This document shows positions 1 through 13,087 of a stretch of DNA of 64,000 bases, piece after piece. The stretch spans positions 200,384,001 through 200,448,000 of the forward strand of contig CM097885.1 of assembly GCA_044892525.1 (NCBI GenBank), written 5' to 3'. The notes under the pieces were generated by a model. It saw nothing but the letters and a program-made list of their open reading frames with translations, did no database searches and was not told where the DNA came from. Origin of the DNA: Schmidtea polychroa (Eukaryota). Position numbers and translations under genes: made by a program. The first letter of the stretch is position 1. Each line of letters begins with the position of its first letter.

Positions 1-2198
1 TAAAATAATAAAAATAAAAAAAATATCCTGACTTTATAAATAAACAAAATTTAATTTAAACATGGAGTGTTATAATTTAAAACACTACAAAGTTCTTATC
101 GAACGTAACCGAGTGTTACACTCTGTTAACAGAGGAAAATATATTTGTTAATATTCAGTGTAAATATTCAGAACCAAATTTGGAACTTTTTTGACGTCAA
201 TGGCAGAATTTTACCCAGTTTGAAATGTATAACATTTAACAGTTATTTTTTAATAAATTTGTACACGTTTTACTATTTACCACTAAAAATAATTTGGGAC
301 GCTAAACTACAGTGTTAATCTATCATTATAGTGGGTTTTCTCATTTCGAAATAACGCGTTTTATTAAGTCACATACTAGAAAATAATCATTTTAAAATAA
401 AACTTTTATTTATATATTTATTAAATTTCATTTAAAGTAAATATTATAAATATCAAAACAACTTACTCTGTAACATAAGTTAGGCTTTTCATCACAATCA
501 CATTTTAATTACAAAATACTGACTGCTAATAAAATCACTTATCTTTCACAACCCTTAAATAAATCTTCATTAATTGAGAAAGGGATTTAATCGTATTTTA
601 ATAATGCCTTGAGAATCCTTTACAAATTAACTTTGCGTCAAAATGGCGGACAGTAACAAGTGACCAAAGTGATAGCCATGATATTTAAAGTTACCTGTAA
701 CTTTTTATATTATTTCAAATTCCTGAACTTTGATTAGATAAAAATAAAATATAATTCACATGATAGATTCTAATTAATATTTGTAAACATACTCAAAAGT
801 TTATCATGAATAAAATAAAATTTCACAATTCAAAATAGAATTTTATAAATAAAATTTAAAAATGGCAAGAAACGCTTACTTTGAATTGTCTTCACTACTC
901 ATTTAGATGAAAAATGTTATACTAAATGTCACTTGATTTTAGAAGTTTTGTTTATTTCTATTCAGTTAGTGAACAAAGAAATTTACAAAAATTACAATCA
1001 TAATGCAATGAATGAAAATATAGTATATTTTACTATTATAATAAATGTATTTATAAATTAATTTAAATGTTAATTTTTAATTTGAGTTTAGATAATTGAA
1101 AAATTAATAATAACAAAACTTGGAATAGATTTAGAAAAATTTATAAATGTTAAGCAACACTTTTAATTGTATTCGTTATTAATTAAGTTGAATTTTTAAA
1201 TCTTTTGTAAGTTAAATATTAAGCTAAAGAAAATATAGATGTTTAGTAAATAAATAATCATGAAACAATAATATATTTAAAAAAGTTAAAGACATTTTAT
1301 AAATATGTAATTAAAAGAAAAAAATTATATGTTTAATTATTCTCATAACCGAAACAGAATAAATTTAGTTATATTGTTCTAATACTGAGATACCAAGCCG
1401 GTGCTACGTCAAATATGAAGCATTACATATTTTATGATGGTTTTTTGTTCCACATTTTGAATCAGAATTTATTTAAATTTTGGTGTTCGTAAATTTTTCT
1501 TATAATTAAAAGTGCTCCGTAACTTCAAAAGATTTAAGAGTTACAACTTTAATATTTTATGGATTTAATACTGTGGTATTTGTGAGGTTTCCAGCTGAAC
1601 TTATTCATAATATTGCTCCTTGATAATATCACTTGATGTCAGTTGCGATATTTGTGACGTTGCTAATGTACGAAAAGTGCTTGCCTGGCATTAAAATGTG
1701 ATTTCGGTTCCCTGGAGGTTATTGAGTTCACGAATTTTTCATTTACAAGTGCTTGGAATTCGATGGCGAAGATATTTCTACATACTATCTACACCATCCT
1801 CTAGTCCAGTATTTCTCAGACTTTTCTCGCTCGCGGCACACCTGCCCAAAAATCAAAAATTTGTAATATCGATCTTAACACATTGTGATCGGGCAGTTTT
1901 CGGCCCGGTACTAGTGCTGGTAACGGGTGATTTTTCGCGTAATTTCGCGCTAACGTAGACCTCTAGAAAAATTGCGATAACTTCAAAAATATTTGTTTGA
2001 TTTCAATAATTCTTTTTGCAAATTATTTATTTTATTTCATTTTATTTTATTATATTTAGAAATGTATTCTTTATCGTTAAACTAGTGCAGAATTTCACAT
2101 AAAGCAGGAAAGTTATGAAAAAATTAATATTTTTTTTACATAACATCCTTTATTTTACAAATTATACACAAAAATTATTTCTAAATGTAAAATAAAAA

Positions 2199-3901
2199 TT
2201 AGTATTGTTTTAGGGTGTGATATCTTTCAAAACATTTGCCCCTGTGTAGGGGAACTTCACAAAATTTGCATATGAAGCATGTTTCACTACGCACCTTGTG
2301 CGCTGAACAGACACGACATTGCCTTTGAACAAATTTCTTCTTTCCCTTGCTTTCAATTTTGGCTATTACATGTTTGCGCATGTCTATGGAAAGCCTTCCA
2401 GGAGGGTCACGAGAAGGAGTCCTTTTCCACGAAGATGTCGATGGCCCTGGATCTTCAGAAATAACTTCTTCGTGAATCGAATCGGAAGTCCATTCGAAGG
2501 CAATGTCATATAAAAATCTTTTATATTTAATCTTTTTAGTTGTAATGGAGTTGTATACAACAAAAGAATTGAATAAGGCACAATTTATCATATACATTGC
2601 CACACGTTTTGTCCATTTCGTGGTTTTTCTCAAAATATTGTAATACGATAAATATTGATCGGCACGATCGACGCCTTTCATATACTTATTGTAATCAATA
2701 AGGGCATTTGGCTTGATAATCTTTTGTCGCGTCATTCGGTAGACATTATGGCTCTCCTTCATTTCTGCAGAATGGATAGAAGATATGAGAGATACCTCTT
2801 TCTTGGATTTCCAAACTTGTAACAATATATCATTTTTCCGACGGAATATTGTATCTCCTCTCTGTAAATCCGTTTTTTTAGGCATTCAGGTAAGCCTCTA
2901 TTTTTTCTAATGGTTCCACAAACCCTTATTTTCTTTTGTAAAAGCGCAACAGTATTGTCAACACTATTATAATAGTTATCCATATACAAATGGTGCCAGA
3001 CATCAGTATATGGCGAAACTACAGTTTGGATTGTTTCAATCAATCATAGTCCTTGCGCAGCGTAAATTTCAAAATTACAGATATATCCTGTATCACTCTC
3101 GGATAATATTCTCACGAGAATCCCGTACTTTATGATTTTTCCAGCATTGTACACCCTGAAGAATAGTCTTTCTCTCCATGGTATTATGCCTTCATCCAAT
3201 GAGACTTGCTGTTTTGGCTTGTAGATGTTTTTGAACTTTTCAACGAAGTGATTGATTATAGGTCTTACTTTTTCCAGACGATTAGATGGGTCAGTAATAT
3301 CTTCATTGTTATTGAAATGCCCAGCGCGCCATATTTGGTTAAACCTATCTCTTGACATTGTTTTACCGAAAAACGGCGTTTCTAAAACAGGATCTGTGGT
3401 CCAATATTCATTCCGTCTATCTTTCCGTACTAGCCCCATGAATATTATGAGACCTACAAACTTTTTCATTTCCGGAATGGTGATATCTTTCCATTTGATA
3501 CCTTTGGTTTGTGATTTTAGTTGGTCGATGTTTTGATAATAATATCTGTTGGATTCGATAACTAAAAACTTAAAAAAATCGTCGTCTATGAACAATTTCA
3601 ACACATCCATCTGCGTTTTTGGAGGATTATTCAAGGTAATTCCAGGAATACCCAAAAAATCTTCAAGAACTGGGGGATTATCATTTATAGACCAACCATC
3701 AACCTCTTCTTCGTCAGAACTGGACGAAATGGTTCTGCGGGTAAATGTTGTAGGCAGTGGAATAATATCTTCATCATCAACTAGATCGCTATCATCACTA
3801 TCAAAATCACTTTCACACGATATGTCGGATTGATCGTCGGCGTATATTTCTTGGTCACTATCTTCATTGTGGTGAGACATTTTTCTTATGGGATAAAACA
3901 C
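2199..3901 (-). pseudogene. piggyBac (PGBD4-like) transposase with one in-frame TGA (3044-3046) and one -1 frameshift in an A-run near 2875
   Basis: Acidic N-terminus, SLDEGIIPW, YMDNYY, KGVDRADQ catalytic motifs and C-terminal CRVC...CKFCEVPLH...C Cys-rich domain spread over three ORFs that join after fixing two lesions. Confidence 0.92.
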
Positions 3902-4033
3902 AATATAATAATATAACTAATAAAAAAAATAACAAACTTTCAATCACAATCTTGGTAAAAATGTCTGTTTCATCGAAAATTTATCAAAAGTATTTATACT
4001 TTTAAACACTAAAATAAAATGTAAATATGTACG

Positions 4034-4036
<3 letters not shown>

Positions 4037-4088
<52 letters not shown>
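4037..4088. repeat. (TA)26 microsatellite inside the piggyBac 5' region
   Basis: Directly visible. Confidence 0.97.
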
Positions 4089-4092
<4 letters not shown>

Positions 4093-4707
4093 CTATGTAC
4101 TCGATATTTAGCTTTTAGCAACGTCCGACCACCAAAGAGTAGTGAAATAAACTAAAAAAAATTATTATTATTTGTCTTAGTGTTGCATGTAGACCGTTAT
4201 ATGTACCGTTATCTTCAACTATTTTTTTGATGAATAACACTACCTCGGTACCTACCGTACACCCCATCTATTGTTCTCAAAAGGTTTTTACCTGCATGGC
4301 TACAACCCTACAGACGCTATATAGCGAAAACTCAAGTATATTGGAACCCGCATTTTAGCGTGACCCGCGCTCCACTAACAATCTATCAAAAACGTGTAAA
4401 TACGTGTTCCGCTCTCTAGCATTAATTTGCTAAACACGTATCAATACGTGATCCGATTACAATGTGTTAATTATTGTAAATTTACGTGACGAATACTGCT
4501 AATGAAAGAAGAGAAATCATGTTCTTTAAATTCTAATAAAAGTGCAAAATTTAAAATATTGGTTGTTCTTTATAAATAAATATTTATTTTTTATGTACTC
4601 TTCTCATTGTTAATTTTTTTGTAAATTCTTTTATTACTAACTTTTTTGGGAAAAAGTCTCGTGGCACACCGTTTGAGAAACACTGATTTAGATAATTGGA
4701 CACTTAA

Positions 4708-5214
4708 CCCTTTCACTACGCGAAGCTTTTGCATAATTTGTATCTCAGTATGGCATGCAAATGGCCGTGCGGATTTATACGGTTCTCGCAGTTACGTCCT
4801 TACGATTTTCCTATGTATGCGTTCCCGTAGTTTAGTTTTATTTCCTAAATAAACTATTTTATCTTATGTATTTATATAAATTACTAGAACTATAACATCA
4901 TTTTTACTTATAAACAAACTAATTCAAAGTGACAAGTTTAAACCTGCAAGTGAATCATTTTTCATAACGTTGACGAACAAGATGAAACATGCCAGCGGAT
5001 CGGTACGTTTTCATTAGTCTGAGACAAAAATAATGACTACTCGTAAATCAATATTTGACATGTTTATAGCAAGTTCATTAGTCTGTATCATAATTAGAAT
5101 ACATCGGATTCGTTTGGTTCCCATAACATGTACTAAGATTCTGCTAAAACCCGGCTCTCGTATGTGAGACACAAAATTATTTTACGGCTTCATACGGTTC
5201 CAGTGGCGAAAGGG
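4708..5214. mobile_element. piggyBac-type MITE (507 bp)
   Basis: TTAA at 4704-4707 and 5215-5218; ends CCCTTTCACTAC / CCCTTTCGCCAC (10/12); no ORF. Confidence 0.8.
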
Positions 5215-5660
5215 TTAAGTTGACGAAATTGTTACATTTATGGTTTTAAACGTTATTTATGGCTTGTAACTTTTTTATAATGTTAATCTACATATTTAAA
5301 AAAAAATATTTTCTATTAATATTAAAAATGAAAATATAGAGGTTGCAGAATATAAATGATACGAAATGTATAAATTTTATTAGCTTATTCACAATTTGTT
5401 TAGAATTCTCCATGATGGTAGTCGCATATTGTGTTTATCGTTAATTTAAATTTGGTAGGAGACCGCTTGTTGACTGATAGTCATACTTTGGATATTTTTG
5501 TTGTATAGACAAACAGAACTGATTTTTAGTTAAAGATATTATAGTATTCAATCTTCCTTCATAAGGCTTTATATTTAGTTTGTTCGCACATTCTATTTCT
5601 GTTCATTTCATGAAATTGTGAGAGAATTAAATTCATCATCTTTGGTTTGGATATCGTTTT

Positions 5661-6220
5661 TTATTGTGCCGATTTATTGTTCCATAAGGCGTCATCGTTG
5701 ACATCGTCGTCATTATCCGATTTGTCAAGATCTTTGAAATTTGAAAGAATGTTTAGAGAAAAATAAGTTTCTTTTGGTTTAAATGTTTTCCGAATTGTAT
5801 CATTTGTAGCCACTAGAGATTCGGAAGACGTTGTAAAATTTGAATCACCGGTATCAGTGCTATGAAAATCGAAGAATTTGAGAGACTGGAATCCATATAC
5901 AAACTGATAAAAATTCGGTTGACATCTTTTAATTCTTCCAAGCTGACGAAATAACCGTTTCGAACGACATTATCATCAACAGGGGATTTTGCTGGATCTG
6001 GAGCATTAATATCCAGAACAAAATTATGACGACCAACGAGATTTTGATCTAAATTTTGATCTAAATCTGCATTATAATCACTGCTGACATAAATTAACTT
6101 CCATTCCACATCTTCTTCCAAGCTTTCAAGACGCTTGAACGTTACTTTAAATTTAAATTTAGAAGAGAAATTGTCAGGATTTTTCAGAACTTCAAACTTG
6201 ACAATAATAATTTTAACCAT
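5661..6220 (-). pseudogene. ASF1: Intronless, degenerate ASF1-like histone chaperone copy
   Basis: MVKIIIVKFEVLKNP..FKFKVTF..LESLEEDVEWKLIYV..LDQNLVG-RHNFVLDINAPDP..VRNGYFV matches the ASF1 fold pattern. Internal deletions; a frameshift near 5918 restores a PNFYQF..FH segment and an acidic tail ending TAA 5661-5663. Confidence 0.75.
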
Positions 6221-6801
6221 TGTTTTTAACATTTAAAATTAATTAAAATATAATATAATATATTATTAATATATATATTAAATATATCTAAAATAACGAA
6301 TTAACTGGAAGACTGGAAGAATTTCGAAAAGCTTTATTTTTCAGCTAAAATCATAAATTCAAAACAAACTTCCACAAATATCAAATTACAAGTAAATGAA
6401 TATTTAAACACTTTTATTTTAAGTTAATTATTTTTCTTTTAACAATTTTTTAATTTAATTAAAAATTCCTTTACATAAAATATAAAATTTTTTGCATTAC
6501 AAATATAAGTTTTTCAACATAATATACAACTATCATAAAATTTTCAGGTTCCATTGCTATCACCATAACAAATGGAAACCAGGCGATGCAAACCGGTCAA
6601 AACCTCCAAAACAATCTTCTTTTACGATATCAATTTCAAGATCTTCACAACTCAATGAATTATCTTTTGACAATAAAAGCTATTATTTGATGTTTGAAAT
6701 GATATTAAATTAGAATAAACTAAAATATGGGTAAGTGATAAAATATTATTAATTCAAATTAATTCAAATTATTTTTTTAAATAACAAGAAACTCATTTAT
6801 T

Positions 6802-7158
6802 TTATTCTGATGTATCATGCTGGATTTTATTCCGAAATCTGTTCAGAAATGACCTTCCTCCTCTAAAATTTTGTTCAGCTATGAAAATGAGCCAATTCAA
6901 TCCAACAAATATGGCGCCACCTGCTAAAATTATTAAAAGTTCGATAAAAAGATTGCTCCTGAATATTTTAACATCCAAACTGTGGGATTATAATCCTTAT
7001 ATTGGATGAATATGGAACGCAATACTGATGATACTTTTCCACAATTTGCCATTGCGTACATGGATCCAATACACGTTGTATCTCCCAACAGTCATGAAAT
7101 TTATATTTGATTCGTTTTGGTCCACAACTTGGATAACAATGTGACCATTCTGTCCATT
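6802..7158 (-). pseudogene. Thrombospondin type-1 repeat plus transmembrane segment, two frameshifts
   Basis: WTEWSHCYPSCGPKRIKYKFHDC / LGDTTCIGSMYAMANCG (TSP1 W-x-x-W, CxxSCG pattern), then FIELLIILAGGAIFVGLNWLIFIA and a short tail to TAA 6802-6804; tag acceptor at 7160-7159. Confidence 0.55.
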
Positions 7159-7249
7159 CTATTTGATAATTGTTTAATACTATTTTATTTTAGAAATAAT
7201 AATAATAATTAAAATATGCCAACAGTAGGGTAACATGTGGACTCGGGAA

Positions 7250-7560
7250 CAAAGGAAATTAAATTCATTTCAAATTGAGAAATTATTTGAATTAATTTTA
7301 ATTATTTTCAATTTGAATCATATAAAATAATTAAAATTAATTCAAATAATTTCTCAATATGAAATGAATTTAATTTATTTAAATTATTATTAAATTATTA
7401 ATTTATTATATGGAGATATTGAGAAATTATTTGAATTAAATTTAATTATTTTCAATTTGATTGGATAATAATTAAAATAAAAATAAATTCATTTCAAATT
7501 GAGAAATTATTTGAATTATTTTAAATTTATTGGATAATAATTAAAATAAATTAAATTTGT
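7250..7560. repeat. AT-rich ~50-60 bp repeats (gagaaattatttgaattaattttaattattttcaatttga) in direct and inverted orientation
   Basis: Three direct copies (~7275, 7420, 7500) and one inverted copy (~7330-7378). Confidence 0.7.
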
Positions 7561-7689
7561 TATGTGATATTCATTTGTTACGTAATATGTATTTGTTATG
7601 TAACTTTAATTTTTTTAAAACAACAACCTCCCCTGGGGTAGACGTATGATGTAATTCCCTTTGTGACGTCATCGATTACACAAAAGTTG

Positions 7690-8110
7690 TATGTTTAAAT
7701 GATGAGTCATACGCCATTGTTCCTTAAATGTATTTGCCATGTAATAGTTCTTTGTTTAAATCGATGAGTCATATGTCTTTGTTTGATAAAATATATTTGT
7801 TGTGTAATAGTTCTTTGTTTAAATGTCATATGTTTTTGTTCGGTAAAATGCATTTATTATGTAATATGTATTTGTTACATAATAGTTCTTTTGTTCAAAT
7901 TATGAGTCATGTGTCTTTGTTCCTTAAATGTCTTTGTTACATAATATGTCTTTGTTACGTACTATGTCTTTGTTTAAATATTTGGCCCTAAAATGACCTA
8001 AAATCGACTTTGACCTCATGAGTTGACCTTAAAATGACCTAAAATCGACTTTGACCCCAGGATATGACCTTAAAATATGACATTGACATTAAAATATGGC
8101 CTTATTTTGA
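7690..8110. repeat. Degenerate tandem arrays (tgtaatagttctttgtttaaat-type and aaaatgacctaaaatcgactttgacc-type), probably subterminal repeats of a decayed element
   Basis: Repeated units visible; 26-mer copies at ~7990 and ~8031. Confidence 0.65.
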
Positions 8111-11100
8111 CCTTACCGTTTCCCCTAAAATCATTAATAGGCTGGGATTCCCTGCAAATCCTAATCAAAACATGTTATAACCAGTCTGCGCCAGCCAAGA
8201 TAGACGTTGATACTGTACAACCTGGGGAACCCGAAAAAAAAGTTCAGAACCCCCTGAGCTTGCTAAATCTCCGGATTGCCGGGATTCTGTTGTCTTTTAG
8301 ATGTCTTTCCTGAAATATAATTTGTCCCATCTGTACTTAACTCAATAAATATCTAATATTTCAAATATAACACAAAAAAGCAATGGTGTAACTGAAATTT
8401 ATAATTTTTGTAATAGCACAAAATTCTAAATTACTAAATGTCATAGTAATTTGCAAGTGTTAAAAGGGATGTTTCAGAAGTAACTCCCTTGCCATCTGGT
8501 TGATAGTTAACATTTCCCGGCGGCTCCGAATCCGTCGTCAAAACATTTTTCTTCTGTGGTGGGCTCACTTGTTAGCCCGTGGAGAGGGTATCTGTAGAGG
8601 TCACATTGGCTTGGTTGAGTATGGAAAGGGATCTCAACGACGTTCATGAGAGTCGATGGACTCGTAAGAGGCAGATAATACCGCACCGGACGGATTTCTA
8701 TTGCTAGATCCTTTTCGAGGAGTGCTTGGCTAGCTTCTCGGTTATGTGCTGATTGTCCAAGCTCACCCTCCAGAGCTTCATGCCTGAAGATCGATCTTCA
8801 ATTTCAGCTTCTCAATCTCTTGTTGAGCTTTTTAAATTTAATTTGGACGTAAACAGGTTCCTTCCATCTTGTGTGACGTTCCTTCAAGTCGACGTACTTG
8901 ACTTGCAGAAAACCCTTAGCCTCAGTGATCTTGAAAACGATTCCACCGGCGTTCCTTTTTATTGAGCACTAAACCGAGACTATAGAATTAGTTAAAAGGT
9001 TGAGCTATCAATTTGGAACAGGTGCAATTATATATATACGTTGGGGTTTTATTTGCAAAGTCGGTTCTCTCTCTGACTTTTCGTGTTCTTAATCAACCAA
9101 ATAAATTGAAACCCAACAGAATAATTTTATTCAATTGCTATCACAATTACAATTTGTCACTATTTGCACCTTTCTCTCAAGACAGTTTTTCACTCGATAA
9201 AGTAGAAAACCCAAGGGGCAATTACCTTTTTTTGTACGATTCTTACCTTCTTTTGAATAACTAGATTTCTTCTTCCAATTACTTATCGCCAGATTTCTGC
9301 TTCTCTTCTCTCTTTTTCTCTTCGACCAAATGACAACTTGCTCATTTCTGAGCTTTTCTTTTATACTGTTTCTGAGAGGCCAATTATCTAGAGAATTGCA
9401 ATTAATTATTTCCCCGGGAATCCTAAGTCAATATTTGAGGGTTTTCCTATTTTTCAAATTTGTTTACCCTTGATAAGGGCTCAAAATATTCCCTCTCTTA
9501 TCTTATTTCTCGGGTTACTGCGCATCAAATTGCCTTCAGCGCTCGGGTTTCCTATGGGCTCAAGCTTCCCATTGGTTCGGGCTTTCCATTACCGATAAAT
9601 TAATTTTAATTAATTTGTTTTTTTGCATTAACTTTCCCTGTGAACACCTTATTAAATTTTCATTATAATTTCTGAACTTGTCTATCAATTTGGCGTTCAA
9701 CCATACCCGATACCTCCGTTCGATATTGATTTTTGATTTTTAGTAAGTTTTAATTAATTTTGCACTTTTATTGATTTTACCATTTTATGTTATGCTTTCC
9801 TTTTATATATGATTTTTTTTGGTTTTTGCGCTAACTCCAACATATTTTAATATTTTTAATAATTTTAGATGAGGGTGAACAACGGGTGAAGAAAGCAGTA
9901 CCTTTAGTATGCTGTATGTCTAGGAGATCCTACTTGAAATGAAGCTTAATATTGACTATATGACTTGCAATCTGAACATGATTGACAATTTATTTGATTT
10001 GAATGAGCTTTAGGCCGAGGCTGAAGCTTACTCTTTGTGATGATGTAAGGTTGGTAATCGATGTTTAGGATTTCAATAAAAATATTGTTTTTTGTATTTG
10101 TTGGGCCAGAAGGTAATAAACTTTTCTAATATAATCTTCTGTATTAATTCTTGTTTTAAACGATAGGAAAACTTATGGTGAAGTGTTAATGGTGGCACCA
10201 ACACAGCATTTAAAAAGCCTAAAGTGCATTTAAAATAATTGAAAATCACCAAATAAACCAAAATAAAAACACAACAAAAGAAAATTAAATTAAACAAAAA
10301 TAATAAAATCAAAAATGCAAGAAGTTGCCCCTGTAACATAAAATGAGGGCATTAAAACAATGAAAAATCATCACGAAAAAAGACACAAAAATACAGAAAA
10401 CACCCGCGAGTCAATGTGAAAATGGTGTAGAAAAAGCGATAGATCGACCAAAGCAAAAGAAAAAGGAAATATTTAAAAATTAAATCATTAAATTAAAACG
10501 AAAAATTAAAACAACCAATCAGAACGATTGGAATTTGGACATTAAATAAAAGATTTAAAAAAATCAAAAATACGTTTTAACTTAATCCTGATTGGGCAGA
10601 CCAACCGCAAAAAAGCTATATAAAGAGTCGCCTACATAGACATTTCACTTTACAACAATTCATTTTAGAGAAAGTTTTTTTTCTGAGTGTTTTTTTTGCA
10701 GCACATCTCGTAGTTGATCCTCCTCTCAATCCAAGATTTGCCTGTAATGGGTGCTTACCAACCACCAGTGCAGCCCCGACACTAATGGCCAAGGTCAATG
10801 AACCTGCGACAAATCAGCTCAACCCTGCCCAAATCATCACTTGAGAAGCCCCATCGTCTGTCGCCACCTGCCAAAGTGACATCAACTCTCGAGAGTAGAG
10901 CGTACACGCCGAAAAGAGCTCCACCGGGTCAACGATAAGGCCAAGTTTGCTGCGTCTACCGCCCCAGCACCGGTAACGCAAATTATTCCCCCAGTGGCTC
11001 TATCCTGGGAAGAAACAGTCGATATGGATTTCGACCTCGACGATCTGCTGGCCGAAGCCGAAGCCGCCTACTTCTGGAGTTATGCAATGTGAGTCTCCAC

Positions 11101-11612
11101 GGTAGTGATATAATGAGGTAGGACCATGACTTGTGGATATCGTATTGATCTAGCAGACATTGATTTTCTCCGAAGACGTAAGTCCTTCTAATGGCTTTCA
11201 AGAATCCGACCTGGAAGCATATGAGGGAGTAGTGCTAACACAGGTGCTTACCTGCCGCATGTCCTCCATAGGCTCTGCACAGAACCAACGTGGAACACCT
11301 CACGGCTGCCTATTCGTGAAAGCAGCAGTCATGCGGCTTGTTGAGGAATTGAGTTCTTAAGGCTTGTTTGAAGCTTACAGCCTTATCGATAGATAAATGA
11401 ATGCACTAGTCTTGCCGTACATTTTGTTGTTTTGATTGTTATAATTTTCCCCCTGCTCGCCCAACATATTTCTCGCCTTAAATTTTAATTATAGTATATT
11501 AGTTTTCGATGACCATTAGCTTCAAATTTTCAAAGAAAATTTAAGTAATTATTCATAAACGAATTAGGACTTTTACTTTGATAAGGAAGACAAAATCTCG
11601 GATTTAGCATTA

Positions 11613-13087
11613 TGTTGGTTACTTAGGGGTGTATCATTTTTACATTTTAAAATGCGTTAGGGGTAATCATAATCGTTCGACTCTTTCCTAAGCACCTCCA
11701 TGACTATTGAAATTTAAACCATTTGTGTACCCATGGTGACGACCATGTTGGTACTGTACACAAAGGCGAAAAAACAATGAGCAGGTGAGCTCTATTACTA
11801 AAACTACTCCCCACTGTATTTTCTTTTCGGGTTCTAGACTGCCGATAGAAGGTCTTACGTCATTATTCACTATGTATGCTGTTTTTAGATCATTTGTGGT
11901 CCTCAATTACGGATATTTCCTATTGCTCTCTTACAAAAATTTTTCGCATGGATCCGCCCTTATTTTCCAGCTAATAATTATTATTCTACACTTCCTACAA
12001 TATCTAAATTATCCTTTGAAAAATTTGAGCAGGGATCTGCCTGTATTCTCAGTCCTAACCTACATTTGACCACAGTACTTCCAGCGATAGGACCCGTGAG
12101 GAAGCCCCCACATTCCGGCCCAAATCCAGCTGCGCGATTGAAAAACCAGCATACCCACCAGTCTGAGCATCCCGAAGGTACCTCAAACCATGATATGCTG
12201 AATCTCAATTCAGCGGTACTAACGTTCGTAATCAGTTAGTATAAAAATTGAACACAATAAAAATTATTATTTCATACCTACAACTAAATGAAATTAAACA
12301 ATTAAAAGAAAATAACAAAAGAAAATTTAACTAAAAATTTTATTGCATATTAAATTAAATCATCTCGTAAAATTACTACAACAATAAAAAATAAATTACC
12401 AAATCCACGTTGGCATAAAATCGAAAACTGAGAGCTTCACTGTCTGCAACTAAATTTTGATGTTAGAGAAAAAGTTGTCCCCTTAAATGAATTTGTGATC
12501 AGTATTTATACTGATTTTTCATGCATTTGCTGCCACTCTATCCAATCAGAGTGCGAGAAATTTTTAATTAGTCTTGCATACATGCATGAGTGTGTGCAAT
12601 TGTTTATTTGTTTTAATTCAATAAATTTAATTAATTTCTTATTTAATTTTTATTAATTTTAATTTTATAAATTTTATAATTTAAATAATTTGAGTTATAT
12701 TAATTTTTATTAATTTAAACATTTTTATTCTTTAAATTTAATAAGTTGAATAACCATTTAATTCTATAAACTTTACAATTTATATAATGCTAACTAATTT
12801 TATTATTTTTGACGATTTAATTTTTATATTGTTTAAATAATTTTCAACTAATTCTATTTTATATTTTATTATTTTTCTATTTAAATTTTTAAGTGTTGAA
12901 TTTTTTGTTAAATTTATTTATCCCTTATTCTATTATACGGGGTTTATTGGTTCTTAATGTGTGATGTAATTTATTTCATTTATTATAAATTAAACCTTGG
13001 TCATAAATTTTCCAACTTTGCGGTTTTTGTGTTAGGTATTTTTCGATCGATTAAAACAAACTCTCAGTTCTCGGCTTCAGCCCAACA
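11613..13087 (-). repeat. 3' LTR (1475 bp)
   Basis: Identical to 25271-26745 at offset 13658 apart from one mismatch I could see (11830 g vs 25488 a); TG...CA with 6-bp terminal inverted repeat. Confidence 0.93.

Larger units (their letters stand above)
1879..4466 (-). mobile_element. Full-length piggyBac DNA transposon (2588 bp)
   Basis: TTAA at 1875-1878 and 4467-4470; TIRs CACATTGTGATCGG / CACATTGTAATCGG (13/14); piggyBac transposase frames inside. Confidence 0.93.
1807..4685. mobile_element. hAT (Charlie/Buster-like) MITE, ~290 bp, split by the piggyBac insertion
   Basis: Left end CAGTATTTCTCAGAC (1807); right end reverse complement CAGTGTTTCTCAAAC (4685), 13/15 match. Flanking 8-mers ctctagtc/atttagat both have the central TA typical of Buster targets but are not a clean TSD. 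Confidence 0.55.

Noticed and set aside
635-665. AAAATGGCGG YY1-like motif and ATG
   Set aside because: Frame stops after six codons and no downstream gene could be built.
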